Positions 12,591 through 26,619 of a stretch of DNA of 64,000 nt are shown here, piece after piece (within the stretch, counting starts at the first letter, position 1; each line of letters starts with the position of its first letter). The DNA is from Octopus bimaculoides. Lineage: Eukaryota. The translations under genes and the position numbers were made by a program. The stretch covers positions 1,641,729 to 1,705,728 of the forward strand of contig NC_069007.1 of the NCBI RefSeq assembly GCF_001194135.2. The letters are read 5' to 3'. The notes beneath the pieces were generated by a model. The model made no database searches. It was given only the letters and a program-made list of their open reading frames with translations, and had not been told where the DNA came from.

Positions 12591-14456
12591 AGGAAAGAGA
12601 ATCAAAAGAAGAAATCTGAATTTAATTCTATAAATTATGTAACGTGGAATCTTCCTGAAGGTATATTTCGCTTTATGCGGAATCTTGAATGTTTCTTTGA
12701 AACTAAGAACAGAATAAGAAAGAGTAAAGAAAAAGATATTTAATAGGAAAATATTATTAGAAATAATACAGATTAATAAGTAAATATGGAAATAAAAATA
12801 TAAAACAAAATGTTGCAATTACAAATTCGTATTGCTATACCCAATAGGAATTCTGGGATTTTATTCTATCAAAATCCAAAATATTACTACAAGGAAATCT
12901 GTGTTGTTTAATTTTAAATATATCTGCTCTACAGGAGTGTGTGTGTGATTTGTTTGAGGGAGAGGTGGTAAGAGAGAGAGAAAGAGACAGAAAGAAAGAA
13001 GGAAAGAGTAAGAGAGGCAGAAAGGAAGAGAGAGAAGCTGGAGTAGTTTTCTACGTGTTGAGGTGTCTTTAATGTGTACGTGCGTGTGTGGCATACCATA
13101 CGTATTGTACGCGTATATCCTCGTGCGTAGGAAGCGTTGTAGAACTAACAATATGTATACACACGCACAAACACACACACACACACACACGCACACATAT
13201 ATATATAACCATACAACAAGCGATATTTGGAAGAGAATGTGAAAGGTTCAGATGAGGGGAAATGAATGTTGAAAACTACGCTCGCTCGTGGACGTGGATG
13301 ACAAACACACGATTTGGAAACAGTATGATACTAATCAACCGTGTGTCAGCGAGTTTCACTTCTGTCTTCCATGAGCTAATTGCAATGGAATTGAAATACG
13401 TAAGGCTCTATCTTTGCTGGTGAAAAGTAAGTTACATAATTTTATAAACTCATGGGTTTACTTTCGGTTATTCTTAGCAAATATAATCAAAATGTGAAAG
13501 TACATTAATTAACAAGATAATGATAATGATTTACACATGCCATTACCAAAAATGTCAAGCTGTATCATAGTTTCAGTTTAAGTAATGCGTCACCGTTTTC
13601 TAAACGAAAATGTCGAGCCTCTTATGTATTGGAATTCTGAATGATGTTAGAACGATTATGCGGTAATTATACTTGTAAACCATGTTACTTTAACATGGAA
13701 GTGGTTCTTGTACAAGTTTAATGTTAGCTAACACTATTTATATCCGTAAATGATACAAGGCAGTCATACGATGTAGAATATGATTCTAGAAATGTGCATG
13801 TCTTTCGAATCTACATTCACATTTAGATTTAATAATGGTTCTCCTTCTTCGTGGTTTTATTAATCTTATCTACATACGTAGATAGGATTAATAAAACTAT
13901 TATTAAATCTAGATGCGAATGTATAATTCGATTTTAAATTAATTTGCAAGGAACCGTGGGTTTCATCTTGCATCACGTAGCAAGAATTTGCGTATATTCT
14001 TGTACATTATATTCGAGTCCATAATTTCTGAATCATGAAACTGTTTGGAAGTTGATTCAAAATATTGGAGCTCTCTGCATCATATCTACCATCGATGTCG
14101 TTGGTAATCTATTAAAAGACGATTCTTGAAAAATCATAGCGTGGAGTCAGACGTCCTGATATTTATCTGTTAACTTTTGCAAGTTTCAGTCATTAGAGTG
14201 CGCGCATCCTTATCCCACTACTTAATTTCATGTTTTGAATTTATTGTATCGGTTTATTTTATCGAACCGTTAATTTATGGTTGACGAAAAATTCCAGTAA
14301 CAAGTATTGCGCCTCAGATTAAGAAACACACACACACTTATTCAAACACAGAGACACACTGTTCTACCACATAGGTTCCGCCTTCCAAATTCTCCTCTCG
14401 TTTTACTCGATTTAGCATTCCGTCCTTTTGAAGTCGGCAGAGAAAATGTCAATCTA

Positions 14457-14583
14457 TAGGGTGTCCACAAGGTCTGGGTACATGGAGTAAATAAAATCAT
14501 AACATAAACAATTAAATATAAGAAATAATAATTTCTTAAAGTATGCGTTAATCCTCCTGTACCCAAACTTTCTGGACACCCTG
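14457..14583. mobile_element. Tc1/mariner-type MITE (127 bp) with TA target duplication
   Basis: The left TIR TAGGGTGTCCACAAGGTCTGGGTACA and the reverse complement of the right TIR CAGGGTGTCCAGAAAGTTTGGGTACA match at 22/26. TA is present at 14455-14456 and 14584-14585. Confidence 0.8.
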
Positions 14584-15002
14584 TAGAACGGTAGAGTAGA
14601 ACACTCATAAGAGGATTGGAAGTGGTGCCTTGCGGTATCGTTATTGTTAGTTGGCGGTAAGAGTTCAAATCCCTCCCTGCTCTATTTGGATGGCAGACTT
14701 AATATGACGCTTGGCTTTTCATTATGAGCCGCTACTTTGATTTATTCATCGAATTCCACAAACTCTGAGTCAGGTCACCCGGTTAAGAATACCTACCCGT
14801 CAATATCCTTCCTTCCACCGGTATAGAACACCTTGCGTTTACGCAAAATGTCTTTTTTTTTTTTGGTGGGGGGGGGCAACATCTGAAGCTATGTTTTTTG
14901 AAAAGTGACTGGAAATAATATATTAATGTAAGATGTTGTATTGCAAAAGTTTGTCAATCTGCTGTCGTCAATTATATCTGAGTGTGCTTCAAATTTTACA
15001 CA

Positions 15003-15270
15003 AACGCAAGCGTGTGTGTGTGGTACGAAGTTTGCTTCCCAACCACAGTGTTCCAGGTTCAGTCCGACTGCGTGGCACCATGCGCCAGTGTCTTCTACTA
15101 TAACCTAGGGTGCACCAAAGCCTTGTGAATGCGTGTGTGTATGTGTGTGTGCGTGCGTGCGCTTTTCTATGTCTGTGTTTGTCCTCCACGACCGCTTGAA
15201 AATCGGTGTTGGTATGTTTACGTCCCCGTAACATATCTGGTTGGCAAAACAGGCCGACAGAATAACAAGA
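15003..15270 (+). mobile_element. SINE family B, 5' and central part (tail resumes at about 15555-15630)
   Basis: GTGTGGTACGAAGTTTGCTTCCCAACCAC...GGTTCAGTCC head, followed by TTTACGTCCCCGTAAC, which is shared with 47080-47100 and 56120-56140. Confidence 0.75.
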
Positions 15271-15317
15271 TATTAAAAGAAATATATTCTATGAAATAAA
15301 TTAAAAGAAATAAATTC

Positions 15318-15533
15318 AATGTTGTGAGGTGGCAGAAACCTTAGCTGCCGGGCGAAATGTATAGCGGTATTGGGTCTATCTTTACGTTCTGAGTTCAAAT
15401 TCCGCCGAGGTCGACTTTGCTCTTCATCCTTTCGGGGTCGAAAAATTAAGTACCAGTTATGCACTGGGGTCGATGTAATCGACTTAACCCTTTTGTCTGA
15501 CCTTCTTTGTCCCCTTGTGGGCAATAAAGAAAT
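15318..15533 (+). mobile_element. SINE family A nested inside a family B copy
   Basis: Family A body (GAGTTCAAATTCCGCCGAGGTCGACTTTGC). Candidate TSD AAGAAATAAATTC at 15305-15317 and 15534-15546. Confidence 0.85.
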
Positions 15534-17569
15534 AAGAAATAAATTCTAAGGTCTATTTACGCGACTAAAAGTTCTTGCTCTCGTTGCCCCAGCATGACCA
15601 TCGTCTAATGACCGATGAAAAGATAATGAGAAGATAAAACAGAAATCGATCTCATTGTCATCTATTGAACAACCAGGACCCACCACTGCTGCTTGGAAAT
15701 AACTGGGTATCATTCATACTATCAAACACTGGCAAAATTTGACTTCATTCTGTAGTTTTAATGATTTGGTTACTAACTAAAATACTTTGTAATCGCCCAC
15801 GTGATAGAAATAGAGTGTAATCCATCTAGTATAACCATGGATAATATATTATGAAATGAGTTTCTTCCAAATAGGCTTAAGGTATTGTTTATACATTGTT
15901 TGATACTATCAGACGATTACGGTTAGCTGAATGGCTCGGTCCCAAATCAACGGCGATAAGTTGCATCCAATGTATTTTTGCTAACCTGTCTTTTGATATA
16001 TTCATGAAAACAGCTTTTTTTTTCTTTTTTTTAAAGAAGTTGCTGTTCGCATGAGGTTTCTTTTAAAATTCTTACCTTTTGAAAACTTGGAAATCCTTTC
16101 ACAGGTTTTCGTGTTTTATGCTTGATCTCCTTCTTATAAACCGCAAACTAACATATAAGAAACCGATTCCATTTACTTCTGTGGGAAAATAATGATCTAT
16201 AAGTTTCTTTTCTTGTTTTTCGTTTTTTTTTTTTTTTTCATCGAACACAGAACAAATTTATTTGTTAGTGGTGACAGACAAAGAACTATGAAATAACTCT
16301 TGCAAATGAGGTTGTTTTATACACCTTAGATTAGCGATTTAAAATCTACGATATACAGAAGCTGCGTAAAGTGTAAATACAGCCTTCATTCGAAATTATT
16401 GCAATTTATTTGAAATAATCGGCAGACAACGAGCCAAGAGCGAATCAAAGTTTGGTCAACGCTGAGAGCAATTCCTCATAAAAGGGAAGAAATGCACGCA
16501 AGAACGTGGAGAATAAATAGAAAATGCTAATTGCCGGCAATAAAGGTGTCAGTAGTGAATCACGTGTTTGAACGTATTCGGACGCATTACTGAAATATAA
16601 CATCTAACACTGGGATGGTTTATTGCCATAAGGTGTTGGAAACAGCAGCAACTTTAAATAAAATACTGTTTTTATTATAAAGGAATTGGAATTACTTTTC
16701 GTCTTCAGGCTTAAAGCGTTTCTTTTATAATGTTTTTAGAGATCTTATTCAGGAGATGCATTCAGAGTCAAACAGAAGTTTTGTCGTTTGACGCCGGAAT
16801 ACCAAATCTTACAAGAAGGAGTGGAGCGATCTGATGAAAATTCCCTGTAATTACCCGCCGAAAGGTATTACGTTGTTTTAATAGAGAGGAAGCAATGGAC
16901 TATTTTGTTTGCGTTATACAAAAGTTACTTTGGTTGGGACTGCAATAAATTTAGTATTTGGTGATCAGCCAGGACTAAACTGCGGACGAACAGCAAAAAC
17001 CGAAATAAATCGTATCCAAACGGATGTCATTTCTAAACTTTAGTATCTAAGAGACAGCCGTATGTTTAAAAACCGCGTTTCGTAGGTTGATGCACGCACG
17101 CACGCACACACACACACACATACACACACACACACACACAGGTGTCCCTGTGGTAACTTGAGTTAGTACACATAGCAGCCAAATCTCTCTTAAAATACAG
17201 GTTTTCATCATAAGAAAGACACAGATTTACAGTGTTTCAGAAAATTTAAAAAAATCTATGCCATGGTTCTACTGCATCAGAAGCAACACGTGGCTAAATA
17301 AAACACAGAGAAACATACTTCCCATTAAAAGATCATCTACTAAATGATACTAATAAAGTTGACGGTATATTTTCGATGTTTCATTCCCTGGTAAACTCCA
17401 TGTATTTTAAACATTATCTCATTACGACCTATCTAAGACATAAAGATAGTTCTGACAATCTATTTCTTGGTCTACAGTGAAGTGATAAGTTTTTTTGTTT
17501 TTGTTTTTAATGTTCGTTCAGAGAAACGGTAGTCATAGTAAGGTTCGTAATTGTAGCTCAATACTCCCT

Positions 17570-18480
17570 GCAGCTGATGATGATGATATTGTTGATGATG
17601 ATGATGTAGTTGTTGATGATGATGATGATAGTGATGATGATGAAAAGGAATAAGAGGAAGTAAAAATGACAATGACGATGTAATGAATATTCAGGTAATG
17701 ATGAATATAATGCTCAGAAACTATGATGATAACGAGGATGATGATGATGACGATGATGACAGGAATTCTAATGATGATAAGGATGATAATACTGGCGAGG
17801 AAATTGATGGTGATGATAAGGATAATCATGATTACGATGATGAGAGTGGGCGTGGTGGAGATGATGATGATAATCGCAACCGTGAGTTTGTTGGTGACAC
17901 ATTTATTGATGATAATGATAATAACACGAACCTTCATTATCATCATCATCATCAACATAATGATGATGATGATGACGATATTGATGACGGCAATATTGAT
18001 GTGAGTAGGAGAAAGCGAGGGTGGTGGTGGTGGTGGTGGTGGTTGCGGCGTGGTGCCAGTTGTGTTACTGGTGGTAGTGATGATGGTGTCGATGCTGGTG
18101 GCCGGTGGCGATGGTGCTAGTGGAGATGGTACTGGTGACGGTGGTGACGGTGGGGGTGTTGGTGGATGCAGATGCGATGATGATGATGATGCCGATTATG
18201 GATATAGTTCTGCTGAGGAGAGCGTATCCAGTGAAGACGATGGAGTCAACTATGGCGATGATGATGATGATGATGATGATGATGGTGCTGGTGGTGCTGA
18301 TGATGTCACAGATGAGGAGGCAGAGGAAGAATACAATGGTAATGATGTAGCTGATGAAGTTGATGGTGATAACGACTGTAACGTTGATGATGAAGACGAC
18401 GATGATGATGATAATGATGGTGGTGGTGGTGACGATGGCGATGATGTTGATGCCGGTCTCGATAAAGATGAATTCGATAC
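17570..18480. repeat. Degenerate (GAT)n/(GGT)n trinucleotide tract
   Basis: Direct reading of the sequence. Confidence 0.9.
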
Positions 18481-18669
18481 AATCTGTTGAATTTGATACG
18501 CGATACTGATTTTCTACCCTTTTTTTTTGTTTTTGCTTTGGGTTTTGTTTATATCCTTTCCGCTAAAAAAAAGAAAACAACTCACTTTTAATGGCGATTT
18601 CTATGTGCATTATTTTTAGTTTATTTCATTAAATTCAAACACATACACAAATATATATATATATGTATG

Positions 18670-18721
<52 letters not shown>

Positions 18722-21184
18722 ACCACATATATACACATATATATACACAACCACATATATATATATATACACCCACATATACGAATATATATATATATAT
18801 ATATAATTTACGATGTGTGTATATATATATGTACGTATGTATATATATATATAATGTGAATTGTAAAAAAATGTTTAAAATAATACATATATATATAAAA
18901 ATTCAATAAAAAAGGTCTTTTTTAAGAATGGCCACTACATTAAATCAATATTTTAGATTCGTTTATTGATATTTATTTTCTAATGTTATAATTTCACTCA
19001 CATACACACCTTCTTGCTATCTTCAGCTCTCTCTGTCTCTCTCTCTCTCTCTCTGTCTTTCTATCTCTCTCTCTCTCCCACTCTCTTCCCCCTCGCAATA
19101 TTTCTCTCCTAATCACTGTCTCACCCCTCCTCTCCCTCTTTCGCTTTCACCCTTTCTTTCTCTGCTTTTCACAAAAAAAAAAAAAAAAATACCATTGCTC
19201 TTTTTTTTCTCAGTCTAAATATCCATTGCTTCTGATATTAATTGATAGCTCCGTTGATAATTTACTGACGCTTCTGAGAATGGTAATTGAAAATAAAATA
19301 AAATAAAATGAACTGAAATACAAAAAATATAAAACAATAATAAAAATACAATTAAAACATTATATGAAATGAATGTAATATTTCAAAAAAATGAAGGAAT
19401 AACACTAAAATGAAATAATGGTTATTTTCGGTGGAAGCGAAGAATTTATGAAGTGAGACCAGTCTTATAACTTCCGTTATTTTCTTCAATGCCGCGGAAC
19501 ATAAATCAGAGTTTCGGAAGACTTAAATGTAAATAGGTGTCGCTGTTTGATTACAAAGTTGGGACACACAGTAATTCTGTCTTTTAATGTATGCCTTTAT
19601 CAGTTATTCCCAGCCTATTAGTATTTTTGATGGCCCCGGAGGGATTAATTATATAGATATTTGTGTGTGTGTGTATGTCTGTATGTATATACACACACAC
19701 ACACACATATATATTTTTATTTATATGTATATGTATGAATATATATATCCACATATATATATATGTGTATGTGTGTATGTCTGTATACATACATAGTTTT
19801 TCGGTCCTTCAATCTTTATCTCGTCAAAACATATATAATGTGACCAGAATGTTCTGTACCAGTAATTTGCTGGTACTCAATTTCAACTAAGCTTCAGCAA
19901 CCTGATATTAAACACCTTGCTCAAGAGGAACCGCCGCCGCCCAAAATGAAATCGTCTTTTTTGTGCTCTGCGTTGACAGGTATTATATTTCGGTGGAAAA
20001 AAACTGATGTTGTTTTATTGCTTTGGGACAGAATATTCTGATCGTTCATTAGAACGACTTTCTATTCCACTTTCACTAACGGTCGACAAACCCTGTACTT
20101 TTTCTCTCTTTTCTATATCAATCTACATCTCCAGTTCCATTTTCCCTTACATATCAACCGTCCAATCTCCCTTTGAAATGTAGACTAAACTATAATTTCT
20201 AATGTTAAAAATCCTTCTCTCCTATCGCTTAGCTCTTCCTTTACCTTTCTGCCCACTTTCAAGAAATACATTCGTTATTTCGGCCTTTTAGAGAGCAGCT
20301 AGATTGATCCAATCCTTTAAAAAGGCGCTTGAAATGCGTCCCAACAGGTCATTCAATATGCTTAAGACACCCATTGGCCCACTTGCAAGTTTTGCTCTAC
20401 TCATTATATTGTTGAAACAAGCCGTAGTGACTCGAAGCTCTGGCACGTTGTCTTTTGTAGTATTCACCTTTGTGTCACAACGCAGCACCTAGTCCCCTAC
20501 ATAACATCTTGGGCCACTCCGTAACTCCGCAGCCAGTTTCCGGTATCTCAATACATGAGAGAGCCAGACTCTCGTGTAAACGCAGGGGACTTCGTAAAAT
20601 CACGCTCGAAATGATTGCACTGATGGGTCGATCTGAACCCATCTTTCTTGTGTTATTCTGTCCATCCCATGACCTCAATACATTAAGCTCTGCTTTATCC
20701 TTAACTACTGCCCTTCTTTTTTATCCAGCTACTCTTTCTTTTTTCCTTCTATTTTGCTTCTCCGTATCTTACACGATATTTAATCCGCAGAAACACACAT
20801 ATGTAAGCATACAGAAACACGCATGCACGCACGCACACACACATACACTCACATATACAGGTTCAAAACGACAGTGAAGTTGTAATTGAAGATGAGAAAG
20901 AAACGAATGCTTCTTTGGTTTGACGTCATATTTATAATGGAGATGATATTTACCCTCGTTATTGATAACATAATCTCATCTTTTTGTCAAATAGTTTATC
21001 CTTTAAGTGTAAATATCTTCACGTTTCCAAGCAAAGGGACACTTCATATCTTCTTTTATAGCGTCACAGATGATAAACTTCTTTTCTCTCTAAATAATGT
21101 TTCATCGATTTGCAAAACTGATAGTGAGATGCTTCAAGGTCAGGAAGCTATGATGGATGAGTAAAAACTTTATATATTTAGGGC

Positions 21185-21580
21185 TATGATTTTTTCTTCA
21201 GTGATCTGGGTATTATGGCGTCATGTAATGAGGAGCAAGTTCTTTTTATGACTGACCAACGGTGACCGCTTTTTTTTTCTTTTTGTAATTTTTTTCTGTA
21301 ATTCTTCCAACTGATGACAATCTTTCTTCACATGAACTGTTTTTAACACTTCATGAGAGACGATACCTTCATATACAACCAAATCCGGAAATAACATAGT
21401 TTTGGATGTAGTCCTGTTGTGGCGGATGGGCATTCCTCTTTCAATAGGTGCCAATAACTGAGATGCTCGTTGGATATGCTTATAGAAAAACACTTTTCGT
21501 TGCTTCTGGAGATCCGACCCAGGAAATATACGATAGGAAATCTGCTCATCAATGACAAGCATTGAACAACTCATTGATTA
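21185..21580 (-). pseudogene. Decayed mariner (DD34D-type) transposase, catalytic-domain fragment
   Basis: Frame-shifted minus-strand peptides LVIDEQISY / GLHPKLCYFRIW / EGIVSHEVL...CHQLEELQKKI...RSPLVSHKKNLLL-HD..HNTQITEEKIIAL align by eye to the mariner pattern IVTGDEKWI.Y / LHPKK.ML.IW / G....E.L...YCQQL..L...RP.L.NRK.V.LLHDNARPH....T.EKI..L. Confidence 0.7.
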
Positions 21581-22084
21581 AGAGGAAACCACTCAGAGAA
21601 TGAGGGCCCTAGTTACCAAACTAAGATATCCCCTTAGATCAATAAATCGTTTTATAATTGAAGTGTATATTATACCTTCAACGTGCCACATTAATTTTCT
21701 CTGGACAAATTACCCCCTACTGCTCCCACTGCGCACGGTTCTCACTCCCGTACACAATATTTCGATGAGATGATCGTAATAATTCTTTTGTTTTTTGGCC
21801 AAAAAGATAACCAGAATTCACGACTCTAGAGTATTCTGAGAAGTCTTCCAGCAGACATGTTGACGGGAGTAATAACAACTGGCTATCTTTTCCATATATA
21901 CATACACGTGCGTGCACACACAGACACACACACACACACAAGCATACATATATAGAAAGGGACAGAAATGGAGAGAGGTAGATAGATAGATAGATAGATA
22001 GAGAGAGAGGCGTTTATGTATGTGTATAGGATTTTCAACATATATATGTAAATCTCTTGACTACATTTTTATAACATTTGTGAG

Positions 22085-22262
22085 GGGAAAGCGGTGGGCG
22101 GACAAACATTTTAGCGATATTCCGTACGTTTTCACGTTCTGCGTTCAAATTCCACCGAGGTCGACTTTGCCTTTCACCATTTCAAAATCGATAAAATCAG
22201 TACAGTTCAGCGTTGTGACGATGCAATCGATTCCCCACCTTCACAAACTCGCTGGCCTTTCC
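22085..22262 (+). mobile_element. SINE family A, diverged
   Basis: CACGTTCTGCGTTCAAATTCCACCGAGGTCGACTTTGCCTTTCA core. Confidence 0.7.
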
Positions 22263-23719
22263 CCACAATTTGAAAAAAAAAGTTATGAAGAAAGCCAGAT
22301 GAATTTCTGAACTTTCAAATGTTCTGCTCAGTACTTATGAATACTTCATCTGCAAATCCTTATTTAAACTATGCCGCTAAAACACTCCTTAGATACCACA
22401 TGCATTATAACACTTCTACAACTGTACAGCTCCTTTATACATTGTCGGAAATAAATGTTATCTATCTCACAAACCACCACAAAAAGCTAAACTGTCTCAT
22501 GACCTTTTTGCGAAAGTTCTTTACCAACCTCGTGTATTTCCTTCTCCGCTAGATTTATTCTGAGGTTTCTCTAAGAGCAACTAACGTATATTTATATTAA
22601 AAAATAAAATTCCTTTATGGTGTTCCAAAGTAACTGTATGTTAGCTTTTTATTTTAGTAAATTTACCATTTATTTGTATGTTTAGAGAGAGTTGTACATT
22701 TGTACATTTGCGTTTATTTTCTTTTTTCTCTTGCGATAAGTAGACTCTCTGGCATTCCATTTTAAATACAGACTTTCTGCGAAATATTTGGATTCTTGAC
22801 AAATTTAATGGAGAAGAACCAAATCAACAATAACTATTAATAACAAAATACCTATCAACAGCATACGAAATAAATATAACATTAAACAAGAATTAGAATC
22901 CAGCGTCTAACTTAAAATGGCTCTTAAAACCGTTAGGGTTTCATTCAAATTTTACGCGTTGCAGCCATTAGCAGTCATTTGAGAAGACGCAATTTAACAA
23001 GCTTTTTGCGATTCAATACAGGTTGTAAAAGCTATCATTTTATCAACACTACCATTAATAATCAGCACATTGATAGCTGTATGGCAATCCTTTTCCTTCC
23101 AATTTCAAATCACCATTGTCAGTTTCATGATTGCATCTATGCTTATAAATGAGGTGGTATTTTTCTTAAACGGTATAGGTTCAGATTGAAAGCAATATCT
23201 AACAATATATATATATACTGAGTTCGAATCCCATCGGGGTTTATGTTTATCTGTTGATTTTTATTATTTTGTCCTGATCAAATCTGATGAATTAATCAAT
23301 ACTAATATAGAATATGTTTCAGTTATGAGCGTCTCATTAATTTTTATAGGTGAACTAAGACTATATTTCTAATAGATTTTCTTATTCAATCGTTTTCTGA
23401 TAAGGATTATTTTAAGGGAGATATTGTTTCTATGTCTGCATGATTTCTAGGTCAGTCAAACTGCTCAAAACCTTTGAAAAGTCTCCTGTAATAGTGTCGA
23501 CAGTCGACAGTAGAATTTGGTCGATGGAATACGAGTGGATATTCCGTCGGCGAAATTCAAAAGGACAGACTCAATCCCTTTGAGACCATTCAGTGCTGTA
23601 AACCTTACGTCTTTGGCAAAGTCTTCGATTTCCTGACTTCCGACTCAGCGTTTGATTAAATAATGAATTTTCCCCACCGTTCTAAGAAATATAGTTAAGA
23701 GCCTATGCCATGCTGTACT

Positions 23720-23890
23720 GCTGAAATCTACAAACTTTTTTCATTCTCTCGTTGTTTATATTCTCTTATTCCTTTCTGTTGAAGAACGTAGGCTCGAAAC
23801 GTAAAAGAATTTTTCAGTTTCCCGAGCGTCAAACTAATACACATGACTGTTGTTCATACACCTTCCCTCGTCTTTTGTTTTCCTATAAAT
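23720..23890 (+). mobile_element. Short repeat family H2 carrying a hammerhead-like motif (23771-23808)
   Basis: Homologous to the reverse complements of 41975-42135 and 38443-38815. It ends at (TA)n. Confidence 0.65.
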
Positions 23891-24651
23891 TTAAACTATA
23901 TATATATATATAGTCCTCGGTCAGCATTTCCTATAAATATCAGTAATGTTATGAGGTTGATATGGTTAAGTTTAGAAGGGCTTAATAAAACTTATTTAGT
24001 TTCAATCCAGATGAAGTAAAATTAGAATATTTGGAACGCTTCAACTGGGCGCAGGTTATGTTGTGGCTTACGTCAATCTATTTACAACTGTTGCAATATA
24101 AAAGGATAATATCTTTTGTGTTCATTCTCGTGATGTTCCGATTTAGATCACGGCCATCGACACAGTCAGGAGAATAAAATCATTGTTCGCTACCGTTTTC
24201 GTGGTTACAACTGATATATATATATATATAAAGAAAGAAAGAGAGAGAAAACCGAAAGAGAAAAAAAGAAGGGCGATAGATAGAAAATCATACAGTGAGA
24301 GAGAGAGAGATGGAGAGATTGATTTAAATACATAAATACACACGTTCCTTCTTAGAGAGAGAGAGAGAGATCTGTATGTAAGTATATATGCGTGTGTGAG
24401 TGTGGTTTATAGGTGAGTTGAATAAGAAAACGGTGAGCCAGTTTTGTCATTTCCATTGAGTTTTTCCATTGTGCGACAATATTTCCACACAATGTCGTGA
24501 TTTATTTCGGAAGTAGTTAGCTTGTAGTGACTATCGCTTCCATTTTTATTTGGTAGGGACAGTTATATCGGTACGGTTGTTAATGCTGAAATTATCATAA
24601 TCCTGTCACGCTTCACGAAACAACTCCATTCGACTTATAATAACAGACCAT

Positions 24652-24751
24652 TTTAAGGTCGATAAATCAAATACCAGTTGCGTACTGCGGTCGAACTAAT
24701 CGACTGGACCCCTCCCCTAAAATTTCGGTGCTTGTGCCTAGAGTACAAAAG
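24652..24751 (+). mobile_element. 5'-truncated SINE family A with perfect 13-bp TSD
   Basis: AATAACAGACCAT at 24639-24651 and 24752-24764 flanks the 3' half of family A. Confidence 0.85.
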
Positions 24752-24811
24752 AATAACAGACCATCTTGTTCGTAATTTTATTCAATAGAGACACATATTA
24801 TTTAATTCTAA

Positions 24812-25030
24812 CAATCGGTTCAAATTTTAGCACAACGCCAGCAATCTTGAAGGGACGGGTAGTTAATAGCATCTAACAGTGTGCGTGCGTAATACTTATT
24901 TTTAATGTACATGAAAAAATAAATGGTAAAATCGACCTCGGTGGAATTTAATCTCAGAACGAAAAAGCCGGAAGAAATACCGCCAAGAATTTTTGTCCGA
25001 GGCACTAACCATCCTGCTAGCTCTGCACCC
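24812..25030 (-). mobile_element. SINE family A, diverged
   Basis: AAAATCGACCTCGGTGGAATTTAATCTCAGAACG...CTGCTAGCTCTGCACCC. Confidence 0.65.
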
Positions 25031-25059
25031 ATTCTTTAGTAATTGTTTCAACATTTCCC

Positions 25060-25235
25060 CAGCAATTATCAGGTCAGATTGCGAATCGATTATACAGACC
25101 TGAATCTTAACTGGTAATTATTTGATTGAATCTGAAAGGACGAATGAAAAGACTACTTCGACAGAATTTGAACCCAGAACGTGAAGAGCCGGAGAAAAGC
25201 TGCTGAACAATTGTGTCCGACGTACTAGGAATGCG
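25060..25235 (-). mobile_element. SINE family A, highly diverged
   Basis: GAATTTGAACCCAGAACGTGAAGAGCCGG matches the reverse complement of the B-box region. Confidence 0.5.
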
Positions 25236-25264
25236 TCCGACTCACCGATTTTTTTTTATTCCTG

Positions 25265-25480
25265 ATAATCTTTTCCACTTCAAACACAAGGCCCGAAATT
25301 TTGAAATAAGAGAAAAAACTGGGGGAAATTGTGAGGTACGGGAAAAACTGGGTACTTAATAGACCCAGAAAGGATGAAAGCAAAGTTGACTACGGGGAAA
25401 TTTGAACACCGAACGTAAAGACAGACGAGATGCCGCTAAAATGTTGCCCGTCATGCTAACAGTTCTGCGAACAGACCACC
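25265..25480 (-). mobile_element. SINE family A
   Basis: CCCAGAAAGGATGAAAGCAAAGTTGACTACGGGGAAATTTGAAC...TGCTAACAGTTCTGC. Confidence 0.7.
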
Positions 25481-25494
25481 GTATAATATGTACG

Positions 25495-25700
25495 AAATAC
25501 TGGCTCCAAATTTTGGCACTAGACTAACAATAGCGGCAGACGGTTAAATCGATTACATTGGCTCAAATAGTATTTATATCATTGTTCTTGAAACAAGGAA
25601 AATCAAAGTCAGCTTTAGCGGAATTTGAACTCAAAACCTAAAAACGGATGAAATGCTCTTAAATATTTTGTCCGGTGTGTTAACGATTCTCCTTCCCCTG
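25495..25700 (-). mobile_element. SINE family A
   Basis: AAAGTCAGCTTTAGCGGAATTTGAACTCAAAAC...TGTTAACGATTCT. Confidence 0.65.
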
Positions 25701-25722
25701 CCTTATTTTTAAGTTTAATAAT

Positions 25723-25928
25723 CTTTTCTACTCTAAGCACAAGGCCAGAAATTTTGGGAGTGGAGAAAATTTTGGATGAGGGTATTTAATTTATTGACTC
25801 CGAAAGCATAATAGGCGAAGTCAACCTTGGCGGAATTTGAACACTGAACTCAGAACGTTAAGACAGACGAAATATCGCTAAGTATTTCACCCAGCGTGGT
25901 AACGTTTGTGCCAGCTCGCCGCCTTCTA
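25723..25928 (-). mobile_element. SINE family A with 13-bp TSD (1 mismatch)
   Basis: Family A body. TAAGTTTAATAAT (25710-25722) versus TAAGTTAAATAAT (25929-25941). Confidence 0.8.
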
Positions 25929-26619
25929 TAAGTTAAATAATGTAAGATATAAAAAAAAAAAGCTCTCCGAAATTCTATCAATATTTCCCTGTAAAATTTG
26001 GGAAGCGATTTATAAACGAGTGAGTTCTCGACGCAAGTAAAATACTCTCTCTATATCTCGAACAAGTTTTATTAACTGTTTAACCCATCATATTAACCAA
26101 TTTTTAAGATGCCGCTGGTAATCAGTTGTGCAATTACAGAAGATACGCCAGTCTCTAAATATTCATATTTCAGAATAAATATTGCAAATTTGTTAATTTA
26201 TTTGACGTGGAGACAAATAGAAACTGTAGCTTGGTTACTCTAGAACTTTTACATGTTTTTGTCAGCCATTTTTCTCGTTTATTTCTTCTATTTATTCCTC
26301 TCCTTCTCTTTCTCACTCTCCATTTATCCAGCTCTCTGTACCTATCTTGCTCTCCTCACTTTCTCTCTCCCGGAAATTGAAAATTCGTTTGTAAATATTT
26401 CTATGAGTTGTCTAGTAACATGTTATTGTTTTATTGATATCAACGTAGTCAGAGTTGTAGGTGTCGCTGTTGTTATACTTGTGAATTCCATTCTGTTGTT
26501 GTTTTCCTAGTTATTGTCACCATCGGCGCCTTGTGGTCATTTCTATTGTCTTATTTTGTTACTGCCCATAGTGTTATTCAAATGGTAGTTGTTAAGATAA
26601 ACTTTACCTTGTGTGAGTG

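Noticed and set aside
17533-18490. Acidic Asp/Gly-rich ORFs resembling biomineral or disordered proteins
   Set aside because: All six frames give low-complexity peptides and frames are interrupted by stops. This is typical of the degenerate (GAT)n tracts seen repeatedly in the window.
20280-20700. GC-richer segment with several 60-135 aa ORFs
   Set aside because: No recognisable protein motif or splice context in any frame. It may be an old retroelement, and BLASTx would be needed.
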